Of a DNA stretch of 39,139 nt, positions 26,641 to 36,432 are shown piece after piece. The notes under the pieces were generated by a model. The model searched no databases, was not told where the DNA came from, and saw only the letters and a list, made by a program, of their open reading frames with translations. Position 1 is the stretch's first letter, and each line of letters opens with the position of its first letter. The DNA lies in the sequence record DRR723986_23114; one strand, given 5' to 3'. The translations under genes were made by a program, and so were the position numbers.

Positions 26641-28035
26641 ATGAAATCTTCCCTATTCTCAAGATCTTTACTATTGATTATCCTCAGTGGACTGCTTTGG
26701 AGCTGTAAAGATGATGACAAAGATCCTGTCGTAGATTCTGAGTTAACGCTTGAAGAAGAAATCAACAATTGGATATTTGATGTGATGGATGAGGTGTATT
26801 ATTGGAGGCTCAATATGAAGACTCCAATTGCGGAGACTTCTGATCCTACAAATTATTTCAACTCCCTTCTTTATACGCCTACAGATCGCTTTTCTGTAAT
26901 CTATCCTGATTACCAAGAATTAATCAATTCCTTACAAGGGATTTCGCTGGATCCGGGCTACGAATTCAAATTGTACAGAATGTCTGATTCGGATAATGTA
27001 TATGCTGAGGTAATCTATGTGAAAAAAAATAGTCCCGCTGCTGCAAAAGATCTAATGCGAGGTGATGCGATAGTGGCAATCAATGGTACCCAAATCAACA
27101 TTAATAACTATAGAGAGCTTCTTCAGCAGACAGAAACGACTCATACAATTACTCCACTCAGATTCAGTGATGATGCAGGAGTCTATATCGAAATGGATGA
27201 TATTTCCATTACTCCAGTACAATTTTCGGAAGACCCGAATTTTCTAGACTCTATTTACACCGTAAATAATCAAAAAATCGGATATGTGATTTACAATTTC
27301 TTTGCCCCTGGCACTACGGCAGACGCTACTAAGTATGACAAGGAAATGGATGCTGTTTTTGCTAAAATGAAAGCAGAGAATATCAATAGCTTGATATTAG
27401 ACTTAAGATACAATGGAGGAGGTTATGTATCATCTGCTGTAAACTTAGCCAGTTTGATTGGCCCTGGTGTCACCAACGCTGATATTTTCTCTAAAACTAA
27501 ATACAATGCATTCCTTACTGAGAATGTTGAAGCGTTAAGAAATGTCCAAACAAAATTTCTAAATAAATCCCAAAACCTAGGCAACACATTATCCGGAAAT
27601 CGTATGTATGTGTTAACCTCCGCTGGAACGGCCTCAGCTTCAGAACTCATCATCAATGGGCTAAAACCTTACATGGATGTTTTCTTGATAGGTGATGTGA
27701 CCTATGGTAAAAATGTAGGGTCGATTGCAATTGAGGATGAGGACAATCCAGACAATCTTTATGGATTACTTCCAATCGTCACCCAAAGCTTTAACAGTTT
27801 GGATCAGTCTGATTACAGCACCGGATTCACCCCGAATATAGCTGTGAATGAAAATACAGAACGATTGAAAGAGCTGGGAGATGTAAGTGAGATAATGCTC
27901 AGAACAGCAATTGAGCAAATCACTGGAGTGCCATCATCAGCCAGAGTTACCAAATTGGATCGAATAGAACTCGCAAATACCTTGGAGGGAAAAACCCGGA
28001 TGGGACAAATGATAGAATCCCCAATCAAAAAATAA
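26641..28035 (+). CDS. S41-family peptidase lipoprotein with PDZ domain
   Basis: Lipobox LWSC; SPA..GD PDZ segment; DLRYNGGG, TASASE and TYGK. Confidence 0.9.
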   Translation: MKSSLFSRSLLLIILSGLLWSCKDDDKDPVVDSELTLEEEINNWIFDVMDEVYYWRLNMKTPIAETSDPTNYFNSLLYTPTDRFSVIYPDYQELINSLQGISLDPGYEFKLYRMSDSDNVYAEVIYVKKNSPAAAKDLMRGDAIVAINGTQININNYRELLQQTETTHTITPLRFSDDAGVYIEMDDISITPVQFSEDPNFLDSIYTVNNQKIGYVIYNFFAPGTTADATKYDKEMDAVFAKMKAENINSLILDLRYNGGGYVSSAVNLASLIGPGVTNADIFSKTKYNAFLTENVEALRNVQTKFLNKSQNLGNTLSGNRMYVLTSAGTASASELIINGLKPYMDVFLIGDVTYGKNVGSIAIEDEDNPDNLYGLLPIVTQSFNSLDQSDYSTGFTPNIAVNENTERLKELGDVSEIMLRTAIEQITGVPSSARVTKLDRIELANTLEGKTRMGQMIESPIKK

Positions 28036-28041
28036 GTTCTT

Positions 28042-28068
28042 AGCCCCGAAAATTCGGGGCTTTTTTTT
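28042..28068 (+). terminator. Terminator after the S41 peptidase
   Basis: AGCCCCGAA-AA-TTCGGGGCTTTTTTTT. Confidence 0.85.
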
Positions 28069-28187
28069 GCCTTTACCTGCGCATCCAGAATTGGTTAATT
28101 CATATAATTTCCAGATATTATATGGACAAACTGCTCTAAGTACCTATCAAAGAGTTAGTTTATTAAACAAATTAACCACTTCATATT

Positions 28188-29414
28188 ATGATCAACCAAA
28201 AACAACTATGGAAAAAACCTGCACTATATGCAGGAATCCTCATTGGCGCCCTTGCTTTCTCTTGCCAGCAAGAAGCAGAGTCTCCTATCACCGGAGATTC
28301 AATGGAATTCGTGAAATATCAGTCGGGTGATGTCATTCCTGGGAAATACATTGTTACGTTAATGCCTACAGGGATTAGTTTCAGAAAAGACCTGTCCTAC
28401 ACTGCAGCCCAAGCTTCTATGAGAAAAACCGGTTCTGATCTTTTGGCAAAATATAGAATCGATCAAGAAAATCTAGGACATGTATACGGTAGCAGTATTG
28501 AAGGTTTTGCTGTTTCATTGACGGATGAGCAATATCAAGCAATCTCCAAAGATCCATCAGTAAAAGCTATTGAACAAGATCGTGTGATCGCATTAGCCCC
28601 ACCCCCAGGCAAAGGACCAGGTAATGGTGGAGGAGGAGGAACTTCTTCACAGGAAATCCCCTATGGTATAGCAAGAGTAGGCGGAGGAGCAACCTATGTG
28701 GGAAGTAATAAAGCTTATGTCATTGATTCTGGAATTGACGCTTCGCATCCCGATTTGAATGTGGACGTAAATTTGGGATTTAATGCATTCACCAAAGGAA
28801 AGGATTCCAATCTTTCAAGTGATGGAAATGGTCATGGAACCCACGTAGCAGGGACCATTGGAGCAATAGATAACGAAATTGGCGTTGTCGGTGTAGCTGC
28901 TGGAGTAAAAGTTGTACCCGTAAAAGTACTGGACTCTAGAGGTTCCGGATCTTATTCTGGTGTGATCGCAGGGGTTGATTTTGTGAAGGCAAATGCGGCA
29001 TCTGGAGATGTTGCAAACATGAGTCTTGGAGGCCCAACATCGGCAGCACTTGATGCTGCTGTAATCGCACTTGGTAATGCTGGAGTAAAAGTAGCACTTG
29101 CTGCTGGCAATGAAAGCACCAATGCTAATAATTCATCTCCGGCCAGAGTAAATGGTGACAATATCTTTACCGTTTCTGCCATTGATAGCAACGACAGATT
29201 TGCATCTTTCTCTAACTTTGGCAATCCGCCTATTGATTTTGCGGCGCCTGGCGTAGGTGTTTTATCTACCGTTCCTGGCGGATACGCAAGTTATAATGGC
29301 ACTTCCATGGCCTCTCCGCACGTCTGTGGATTATTACTTTATGGCACCCCAAGAGACGGAGGAAACGCAATAAATGATCCATCTGGACCTGCAGATATAA
29401 TAGCAATAAAATAA
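28188..29414 (+). CDS. S8 subtilisin-like serine protease (lipoprotein, I9 propeptide)
   Basis: AFSC lipobox; catalytic IDSG, HGTHVAG and GTSMASPH; AAGN. Confidence 0.93.
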   Translation: MINQKQLWKKPALYAGILIGALAFSCQQEAESPITGDSMEFVKYQSGDVIPGKYIVTLMPTGISFRKDLSYTAAQASMRKTGSDLLAKYRIDQENLGHVYGSSIEGFAVSLTDEQYQAISKDPSVKAIEQDRVIALAPPPGKGPGNGGGGGTSSQEIPYGIARVGGGATYVGSNKAYVIDSGIDASHPDLNVDVNLGFNAFTKGKDSNLSSDGNGHGTHVAGTIGAIDNEIGVVGVAAGVKVVPVKVLDSRGSGSYSGVIAGVDFVKANAASGDVANMSLGGPTSAALDAAVIALGNAGVKVALAAGNESTNANNSSPARVNGDNIFTVSAIDSNDRFASFSNFGNPPIDFAAPGVGVLSTVPGGYASYNGTSMASPHVCGLLLYGTPRDGGNAINDPSGPADIIAIK

Positions 29415-29420
29415 TAACCT

Positions 29421-29453
29421 AAAAAAGGTGATTCAAATGAATCACCTTTTTTT
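29421..29453 (+). terminator. Terminator after the S8 peptidase
   Basis: AAAAAAGGTGATTCA-AAA-TGAATCACCTTTTTT. Confidence 0.85.
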
Positions 29454-29536
29454 GCTCATTATCAAATTGTTAAGTTTCTCTTTTTCAAAAGCATTGGTTT
29501 GAATTGCTGTTAAATTTGGAGTTCAAATTAACAATC

Positions 29537-29749
29537 ATGGAAATCGCAGCAAGTTTCGCCCTTATACTATCTATTTACTTTCTAGGGTGCTTAGCACTAA
29601 TTCAAGAAGTTGTAAGGCCAAACCGGCAACTTATAGTAGAAGGAAACACAAAAAAAGGTCAATGGGTAACAAATTATTCTAAGATCCTACTGATGAGTTT
29701 CGGGATTTCATTACTGACGACCTTTCTCGCATATTATCTGTTTTTATAA
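29537..29749 (+). CDS. Small two-TM hypothetical membrane protein
   Basis: 70 aa from ATG 29537; TAAATTTG -7 element at 29511-29518. Confidence 0.7.
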   Translation: MEIAASFALILSIYFLGCLALIQEVVRPNRQLIVEGNTKKGQWVTNYSKILLMSFGISLLTTFLAYYLFL

Positions 29750-29777
29750 CGGAAAGTATCAGTCCCACATAAAACCG

Positions 29778-29813
29778 AAAAAGGCTACCAATTAAATTTG
29801 GTAGCCTTTTTTT
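29778..29813. terminator. Bidirectional terminator
   Basis: AAAAAGGCTACCAA-TTAAAT-TTGGTAGCCTTTTTTT between convergent genes. Confidence 0.88.
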
Positions 29814-29828
29814 ACGCTAAACTTGTTG

Positions 29829-32597
29829 CTATTCGAACAAATCAAATTTCAAACCAAAGTTCAATCGCGCATTGTAATATTCTGCCTGCATTGTTCTCGA
29901 TTTGATTCCTTGATAATATCTCAATGGCTGGTTAGTCAGGTTATTTCCTTCGAAAAACACCCTCCACTTTGGCGTGATAGCATAGGAGGCATTTACATCC
30001 AAAAATGTCTGCTGGTTATAGTAACGATCTTCGAAAGCTTCTCCGCCCAACTCATCCAAATAATCAGAAGCAAAGTTTAAAGATACACGTGCTACAAACT
30101 TCCTGTTCTCAAAAGATAAAGAAGCGTTGAACATGTTGTCCGCTGTACCTGGTAATTCAATATCATCATTGTCTCTGCCTTCAATACCAGTTGTAGATGA
30201 CTTGGTGTAAGTATAGTTTAGGTAAATTCCGAATCCTTTCCATAACTGACGCTGTATAGATGCTTCAAGCCCATAGATTTTTGCAGTGCCCCCATTTTCT
30301 GGGCGGGAATATTGAAGATCGGAACCAAACTGTGGATCACTATATCCTTGAGAGGTGATCGTGTAGACAAAATCATCAACATCCTTATAAAAACCGCCCA
30401 ATGAAAATAACCCTACGTTGTCAAAGTACTGCTCCCCCATCAAATCAAAATTCATTGCAGTTGCTGGTCTCAAATTTGGGTTGCCACGAGCAAGCTCCTC
30501 ATCTTCTGGACTAAACTCCGCATAAGGAACCAGATCAAAGTAATTTGGTCTGGCAATGGTATTTGTCCAAGCAAATCTTAGGACTGAGTTTGAATTCATA
30601 TTGTATTTCAAATGTACTCCAGGCAAAAAGTTGGTGTAGCTTTGCTCGCCTTCTGCAGATGAAATCTCTTCGTTATCTATATCAAAAATATTCCCGACGT
30701 AGTCAATTGCTGTATGCTCTAGTCTCACCCCAGCTATCGCTGAGAATTTTTCTGAAAACTGATGATCTGCCATCACATATCCTCCTGTAATGGTTTCCTT
30801 GGCATTGTAATTTCCTGGCGCATACTCTTCCGGAATATCACTTTCTTCAAATAAACCCGAGTTTTTGAAATCCAAACCACCCAAATACTCCGGCGTCATA
30901 AATGTGCCTACTTGGTATTGTGAACCTACTAGGAAATTAGGATCTGAGTAATTATCATTTGGAACGTCTGCTATTGTTTCTCCGAAAGCTTCTTCATCCA
31001 AAGGTTCGTATTCATAGAAATTATTCTCACGTTCTTTATCCTTTCCTCTGTACCTCAAACCATACTGAAGAATACCTTTAGGGCTATATGGGAGTTTAAA
31101 ATCCAATTTCGCATTTAGGTCGCGGTCAGAAGTGTAACTACATTGTTCTGAAAGGCTATTAAATCCAATCGTAAGATTATCAGCTGGATCAGTTAGATAT
31201 GCATAAGGCTTCTCAGGATTTGAAACATCTACAGTAACATTTTGCCCAGATGATCTGTAAGAAGTATAGCGCTCAAATGGTCTTTCTTCGGATGCCTTCG
31301 CATAAGTTGCTGACCAATCCATTTTCAGTTTGTTGAATATATGACTACCGCCCAGTGTCGTGTTATATACTCGCTGATCTTCCAGTCTAGCCGCTTTATT
31401 TCTATCGCTATCCAAACCACCTTTGGTCTCGTATTCTACGCGGCCTTTCGTGAGGTAATTCCCGGAACTGACCTCAGTAAAATCACCCTCATCAAATGAA
31501 TCATCCAACTGGCTAACTCTCATTCTGAATCTATTTTCCCAGTCATCCCGGTGATTATACATTCCGGAAAGGAAAAGTGTATGATTGTCATTGATCTCAT
31601 AATCGAAAGCAACTGAAGCAGATCTACGCACACGCTGCACTCTATACTCTCTAATATCAAATTCTTCCAAGGCGACCCCATTATCGTACTCTTTCCATAC
31701 TGCCTCGATATTGTCTGAGCCAAATCGATGATTATTGTAAGAACCTGAAAAAATGGCTCCCAGTTTATCATTAAAGAATCTGTTGCCAATAATCAAACCT
31801 CCAGTCCAGATTGGTTTATTAGAAAGTAAATTGACGCCCGATGCTGCAGTTCCAGATATACGCAGGGAATTTGGAGCTTGTCGGGTTACTAAGTTAACTG
31901 AGCCTCCAATTGCATCAGCATCCATACTTGGTAAGACAGCTTTGTTCACTTCAATGGTCTGGATCATGTCTGATGGAATCAAATCCATTTGTACATTTCT
32001 GTTATCCCCTTCAGCAGATGGCAATCTTTCCCCGTTCAAAGTCACAGAATTAAGCTGAGGCGCAAGACCTCGGATAATGATATTCCTTGCTTCACCCTGA
32101 TCATTTTGCATGGTGATACCAGGAATTCTTTTCAGTGCATCTCCAATATTGGCATCAGGAAACCGACCAATTTGATCAGAGGATACCACATTTGTGATAT
32201 TCGCATTGTTCTTCTGCTGATTGAGCGCTTTAGCTTGCCCTTTAAGCCGATCTCCCATCACCACAAATTCCAGGCTTTCTATCGTAGTTTCATCCAATTT
32301 GAAGTTCAGAATCGTGGTTTGACCATTTTCTACCTCCGTATCATGGAGTAAAGACCCATAGCCCAAGTATGAAACTTCTACTTCATAAGTTCCAGCCGGA
32401 AGATCAACAATAGAAAAATCTCCAGTTTGATTGGTAATAGTACCGATTGTAGTGCCCTTCAAAATAACATTTGCACCTGGCATAGATAGGTTCTGTGCAT
32501 CGATAACCCTACCTCTTAAAACACCCTGAGCTAGCATCTGATGGCTCAGGCAAAAAGCCGCGATCAAGGTAATCGCTCTTAGTAATTTGTTTTTCAT
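29829..32597 (-). CDS. TonB-dependent receptor (phytase-linked type)
   Basis: Signal peptide, CarboxypepD-like N-terminus, plug (PDANIGDALKRIPG, IEVNKA, DAIGG), ARGNPNL and NNLTN. Confidence 0.93.
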   Translation of the reverse strand: MKNKLLRAITLIAAFCLSHQMLAQGVLRGRVIDAQNLSMPGANVILKGTTIGTITNQTGDFSIVDLPAGTYEVEVSYLGYGSLLHDTEVENGQTTILNFKLDETTIESLEFVVMGDRLKGQAKALNQQKNNANITNVVSSDQIGRFPDANIGDALKRIPGITMQNDQGEARNIIIRGLAPQLNSVTLNGERLPSAEGDNRNVQMDLIPSDMIQTIEVNKAVLPSMDADAIGGSVNLVTRQAPNSLRISGTAASGVNLLSNKPIWTGGLIIGNRFFNDKLGAIFSGSYNNHRFGSDNIEAVWKEYDNGVALEEFDIREYRVQRVRRSASVAFDYEINDNHTLFLSGMYNHRDDWENRFRMRVSQLDDSFDEGDFTEVSSGNYLTKGRVEYETKGGLDSDRNKAARLEDQRVYNTTLGGSHIFNKLKMDWSATYAKASEERPFERYTSYRSSGQNVTVDVSNPEKPYAYLTDPADNLTIGFNSLSEQCSYTSDRDLNAKLDFKLPYSPKGILQYGLRYRGKDKERENNFYEYEPLDEEAFGETIADVPNDNYSDPNFLVGSQYQVGTFMTPEYLGGLDFKNSGLFEESDIPEEYAPGNYNAKETITGGYVMADHQFSEKFSAIAGVRLEHTAIDYVGNIFDIDNEEISSAEGEQSYTNFLPGVHLKYNMNSNSVLRFAWTNTIARPNYFDLVPYAEFSPEDEELARGNPNLRPATAMNFDLMGEQYFDNVGLFSLGGFYKDVDDFVYTITSQGYSDPQFGSDLQYSRPENGGTAKIYGLEASIQRQLWKGFGIYLNYTYTKSSTTGIEGRDNDDIELPGTADNMFNASLSFENRKFVARVSLNFASDYLDELGGEAFEDRYYNQQTFLDVNASYAITPKWRVFFEGNNLTNQPLRYYQGIKSRTMQAEYYNARLNFGLKFDLFE

Positions 32598-32615
32598 AAC
32601 TATGAGGTTGAATGA

Positions 32616-33704
32616 TTAATTTTTTGATTTTAGAATGTCACCGGCCATATCTTCCCAGCGATAGATCTGGAAGGTTTTATCATCAGACATGGCTACAAAA
32701 AGTCCATGAGGAAAATCAGGTCCCAAAGCCAAACTGATGGATTCAGATCCATCACTGGATATTGTACTTGTGGCGATTTTGGTAATTAAACTATGCTCAT
32801 GTGGATTGGAAGCAGATCCTTCTCGTGGGAAAACGTGGAAAAGATTTGAACCCTGATCTGAAACTAAAATGTACCCGGTGGCATCATCCAGTTTGTAAAT
32901 AGAGATTCCCTCGTGGTCGTCAGAAAACTCTTCCTGCGCAAAAAATGCCAGTTCTTCATTCCCCTTCTCAGGATCAGCATAGTACTTTTTCACCCCAACT
33001 CCTTCGTCGGAATAATAGATATATCCCAATTCAGCATCTACTGCTATGGCTTCGATTTCTTTTTTACCAGAGTATGAGCCAAACTTCCGAACAAGATTAA
33101 GATTGATTTGACCACCCTTTCCGAGAATCTCATATTGCCACAAATAAGTCCCATCTGTAGGGCCATTTTTTCTACCAGCGATCACATAATTCTTTCCGGT
33201 GGTTTTGTCTTGAAAAAGAGCAACTCCCATCAGATCTCTGAAATCAGGGCCGGATTCCCCTTCATATACTTCTATTCCTCCAACATTTATTTCCTTCATA
33301 TCCGGAAGGCTGAAAAATCTTAATTTGGAGGTCATTCGCTCTCCAGTAACTGCAAAGTCAACCGTTCGATCTCCTAGATCCAATCCGTAGCCTATATCCA
33401 CATTGTTTGGACGCTGAATATCTCGGACAATCAGGGAATCTATTGTATTTCCTTTCAGATCGAATACATACAAAGCTCCCTCGGCATCTTTATCTGTTCC
33501 GATGATTAGGCTTTTGCTTGGATCGGAAGGATTCACCCAAATAGCTGGATCATCGGTATCATGGATTACCGAGTCAGTAGTATAAATTGGCTTCACCAAA
33601 ATTTGCTGCTCGGTTTGTTCTTCTTTTTGTTGGACGGGCTCGCTGCAGGAACTCGCAAAAATCCCTAGGGCGGACAAGCCATAAAGTAGTCTGTTTCTTG
33701 TCAT
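32616..33704 (-). CDS. phy: Beta-propeller phytase (3-phytase), lipoprotein
   Basis: DTDDPAIW, IIGTDK, PNNVD, EIEAIAVD, DHEGI, VSDQG, SDG and FPHGLFVA; lipobox ASSC. Confidence 0.93.
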   Translation of the reverse strand: MTRNRLLYGLSALGIFASSCSEPVQQKEEQTEQQILVKPIYTTDSVIHDTDDPAIWVNPSDPSKSLIIGTDKDAEGALYVFDLKGNTIDSLIVRDIQRPNNVDIGYGLDLGDRTVDFAVTGERMTSKLRFFSLPDMKEINVGGIEVYEGESGPDFRDLMGVALFQDKTTGKNYVIAGRKNGPTDGTYLWQYEILGKGGQINLNLVRKFGSYSGKKEIEAIAVDAELGYIYYSDEGVGVKKYYADPEKGNEELAFFAQEEFSDDHEGISIYKLDDATGYILVSDQGSNLFHVFPREGSASNPHEHSLITKIATSTISSDGSESISLALGPDFPHGLFVAMSDDKTFQIYRWEDMAGDILKSKN

Positions 33705-33896
33705 AATTTTTAAATGGTTTTGATGCTACAATGTTAGCTCGGACTGTACCTTCAGACTAGAAATGACTGTTATCAAATGAGCAACAATGAGGAAAGTGAC
33801 CGTTAACAAAACCTAAACAGAATTTCTAAAATTAGACTTAACTATTTCAAAAACAGAATATTACACTGTGTTAAAAACAGATTAACAAATTGTAAA

Positions 33897-35540
33897 TCAT
33901 ATACAAAGAAGAAATTGCTGTAAACTATCCTCCTTTTTTAGGTTCAATTTTTTACGTAGTCGATAGCGCGAAATCCGTAAACTATCCATAGAAATCCCGA
34001 GCGAAGAAGCAATCTCTTTAGAGTTTAGATTCAGACGCATCAGACTGGCAAGTTTCATCTCTGCTGGAGTCAGCCCTCCAGATCTAGTTTGTATGTTTTT
34101 GAAAAAATCCTGATGTACTCTTTCAAAAGTCTGCTTGAAATCATCCCAATCTGAGTCATGCGAAAAATTAAAATCTATCTGCTTAATCAAATTACGAATC
34201 CTTTTCTTTTGCTCTTTAGGATCTTCTTCTAAAATACTTTTCAGTTTTGCCTGAATGTCTTCCAGCATTTGGTTCTTGTCTATGACATGTAGCGTCTGAG
34301 CCGTTAGAGATTTTGAGTGAGCTTTATCCTCAGCCTCCATTTTCAATTCCAGCAGCTTTAGATTTTCTTTCTCTGTGGTGATCAATTGCTCCTTTACCTT
34401 CAAAATCTCTTCTTGCCGCTGCAACAATTCTCTATTGCTCCTAATTTTTAGCTTTTGTCGATTGAAAATCACCCAACCTAAAACACACAAAAGACTCACT
34501 AAAAACAGGAGTAACCATTTCACTTTTGCATCAAAATTCTTTGTTTGCTCCAGCTCCTTGATTTGCTGGTTTTTGGTGAACAGATTATACTGAGCCTCCT
34601 GAATTGCCAGCTGACGTGTGGACTCTTCCGAAAAAACCATATCGCTCAACTGTCGGCTTTGCTCTAGGTATTTGAAGGCGCTTTCGTAATCCTCCATTTC
34701 GGCATATGCCTTGGAAATATCTACCACAGCTGATTTTTGCAAGGTAAGCACCCCTAACCTTTGGCTCATTTCCGCAGCTCTTTTGGAAAACTCCAAACTT
34801 TTTGACGCCTCTCTAGTTTTGCGAAACACATCCCCTAGATTATTAAGATTTCCTATCACCCGAAGACTATCACCCAATTCTGAATTCAATAAAAACGCCT
34901 GTTCAAAATTGAATTTGGCAGAATCGTACTTTTCAAGGTCTTCGTAGATGCTCCCGATATTTTCCCTAACAAACGCTATCTCGGATCTCATTCCTAAGGT
35001 CTCGAACTGCTGAAGTGACTCCCTTTGATACTCCAAGGCTTTTGGGTAGGCCCCGATTTTCTCAAACATCCCACCTATGTAACTTTTAGTCTCGGCTTCT
35101 CCAGCATCATCATTGATTTGTTGATAGATCTTCAGTGCCTGTTCATGACGTAGCAGGGCGCTTTCTGAATTCTTGATTTTATAATAAACTTCGCCCAGTA
35201 AATTATTTACCTGAGCCAGGTACTTCATTTTGCGGGTTTCACTAAATATGTGCTCAGCTTCATACAAGGCTTCGGTAGCTTCCTGAAACATTCCAAATTG
35301 AAAAAGTATTTTACCCCTCAAAAGCTGGACTCTACCGGTCAACGAGTCAACTTTATTGGTTCGACTTTTTCCTAACAATCCAGATGCAGCCGCAAATGCG
35401 GATTCGGGGGCACTTTTAGAGATAAGCCATGCTGAATCAAGTTGCACAGCCAATGATTGATGGCTTTGCGCCAAAGAAATTGTAACGCAAAAACACGAAA
35501 AAATTGATGCTAAAATGCATATTCGTTTGAGACCTTTCAT
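33897..35540 (-). CDS. Membrane-spanning TPR sensor with C-terminal LuxR-type HTH
   Basis: Signal peptide, TPRs, one TM helix, coiled coil, LTPAEMKLASLMRLNLNSKEIA...RYRLRKKL. Confidence 0.88.
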   Translation of the reverse strand: MKGLKRICILASIFSCFCVTISLAQSHQSLAVQLDSAWLISKSAPESAFAAASGLLGKSRTNKVDSLTGRVQLLRGKILFQFGMFQEATEALYEAEHIFSETRKMKYLAQVNNLLGEVYYKIKNSESALLRHEQALKIYQQINDDAGEAETKSYIGGMFEKIGAYPKALEYQRESLQQFETLGMRSEIAFVRENIGSIYEDLEKYDSAKFNFEQAFLLNSELGDSLRVIGNLNNLGDVFRKTREASKSLEFSKRAAEMSQRLGVLTLQKSAVVDISKAYAEMEDYESAFKYLEQSRQLSDMVFSEESTRQLAIQEAQYNLFTKNQQIKELEQTKNFDAKVKWLLLFLVSLLCVLGWVIFNRQKLKIRSNRELLQRQEEILKVKEQLITTEKENLKLLELKMEAEDKAHSKSLTAQTLHVIDKNQMLEDIQAKLKSILEEDPKEQKKRIRNLIKQIDFNFSHDSDWDDFKQTFERVHQDFFKNIQTRSGGLTPAEMKLASLMRLNLNSKEIASSLGISMDSLRISRYRLRKKLNLKKEDSLQQFLLCI

Positions 35541-35653
35541 AACCTATAAAGATCTGCGTCAGATGCTTAAAAGCTGTTAAGGAATAGTTTCCTTTCAATT
35601 AAATTTCATCTGACGATAGGTGATGCGGCCGATTTTCACAATCGTCATAAAAC

Positions 35654-35683
35654 AAAAAAAAACCGGTATATCTACCGGTTTCC
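35654..35683 (-). terminator. Terminator after the TPR protein gene
   Basis: Minus strand AAACCGGTA-GATA-TACCGG-TTTTTTTTT. Confidence 0.8.
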
Positions 35684-35703
35684 TTTTACTGAGACTAAAT
35701 TGA

Positions 35704-36408
35704 TCAATTTGTCTTAGCAAGGTTTTCTTTGGCGAAATCAAATGATGGATCCAACGAAATGGCTTCCTCAAATGCGGCCTTTGCTTCAGTTTTAGAACCT
35801 TGATCCAAGTAGATCATTCCTTTCAGATTCAACGCTGCTGCCTTCATACTAATTTCCAGAGTTTCTGTTTGAGACTTAGGAAAACCAACTTTATCCTCAG
35901 GCTTAGCATTTTTGATCAGCATGTTCATAGAATTCAACGCCTCCGGGTATTTTTTCAAGCTGTATTGAAGATAACCAGTTTTATAAAGGCTAAAATTATC
36001 TCCGCTGAGTAGGTAAAGACTTTCAAAGTATGGCAGTGCCTTTTCCAAAGCTCCAACTTGTTCTAATGAATAAGCTGCGATTTCTAAAGAAGCGATACTT
36101 TTATCATTGACCTTCAGCACATCCATTGAAACAAGAGCTGCTGACATGGACTGCCCTGATTCATAATAAAGTGAGCCCAACATTTCAATGTAACGAATAT
36201 CTTCGGGGTTTCTTACGATCAATTCATACAGAAAACTTTTAGCAGAAGCCATATCATTGTAGCGCATAGCCAACTGATAGGCAGCCTGATCCGCTGCATT
36301 CAAGGTTTTTTTGAGTTTTGGATCAAGTCTGGAGACAGAATCGGCAGTCTGGGCAATAGTAGTGCTGGCGCAAAAGGCCATAAGCAGCATGAGTAATACG
36401 TGCTTCAT
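35704..36408 (-). CDS. Secreted TPR-repeat protein
   Basis: Signal peptide; TPR-like helices (e.g. KGMIYLDQG...AFEEAISLDP). Confidence 0.8.
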   Translation of the reverse strand: MKHVLLMLLMAFCASTTIAQTADSVSRLDPKLKKTLNAADQAAYQLAMRYNDMASAKSFLYELIVRNPEDIRYIEMLGSLYYESGQSMSAALVSMDVLKVNDKSIASLEIAAYSLEQVGALEKALPYFESLYLLSGDNFSLYKTGYLQYSLKKYPEALNSMNMLIKNAKPEDKVGFPKSQTETLEISMKAAALNLKGMIYLDQGSKTEAKAAFEEAISLDPSFDFAKENLAKTN

Positions 36409-36432
36409 TTTAGATGGATTTTTTGATTTAGT

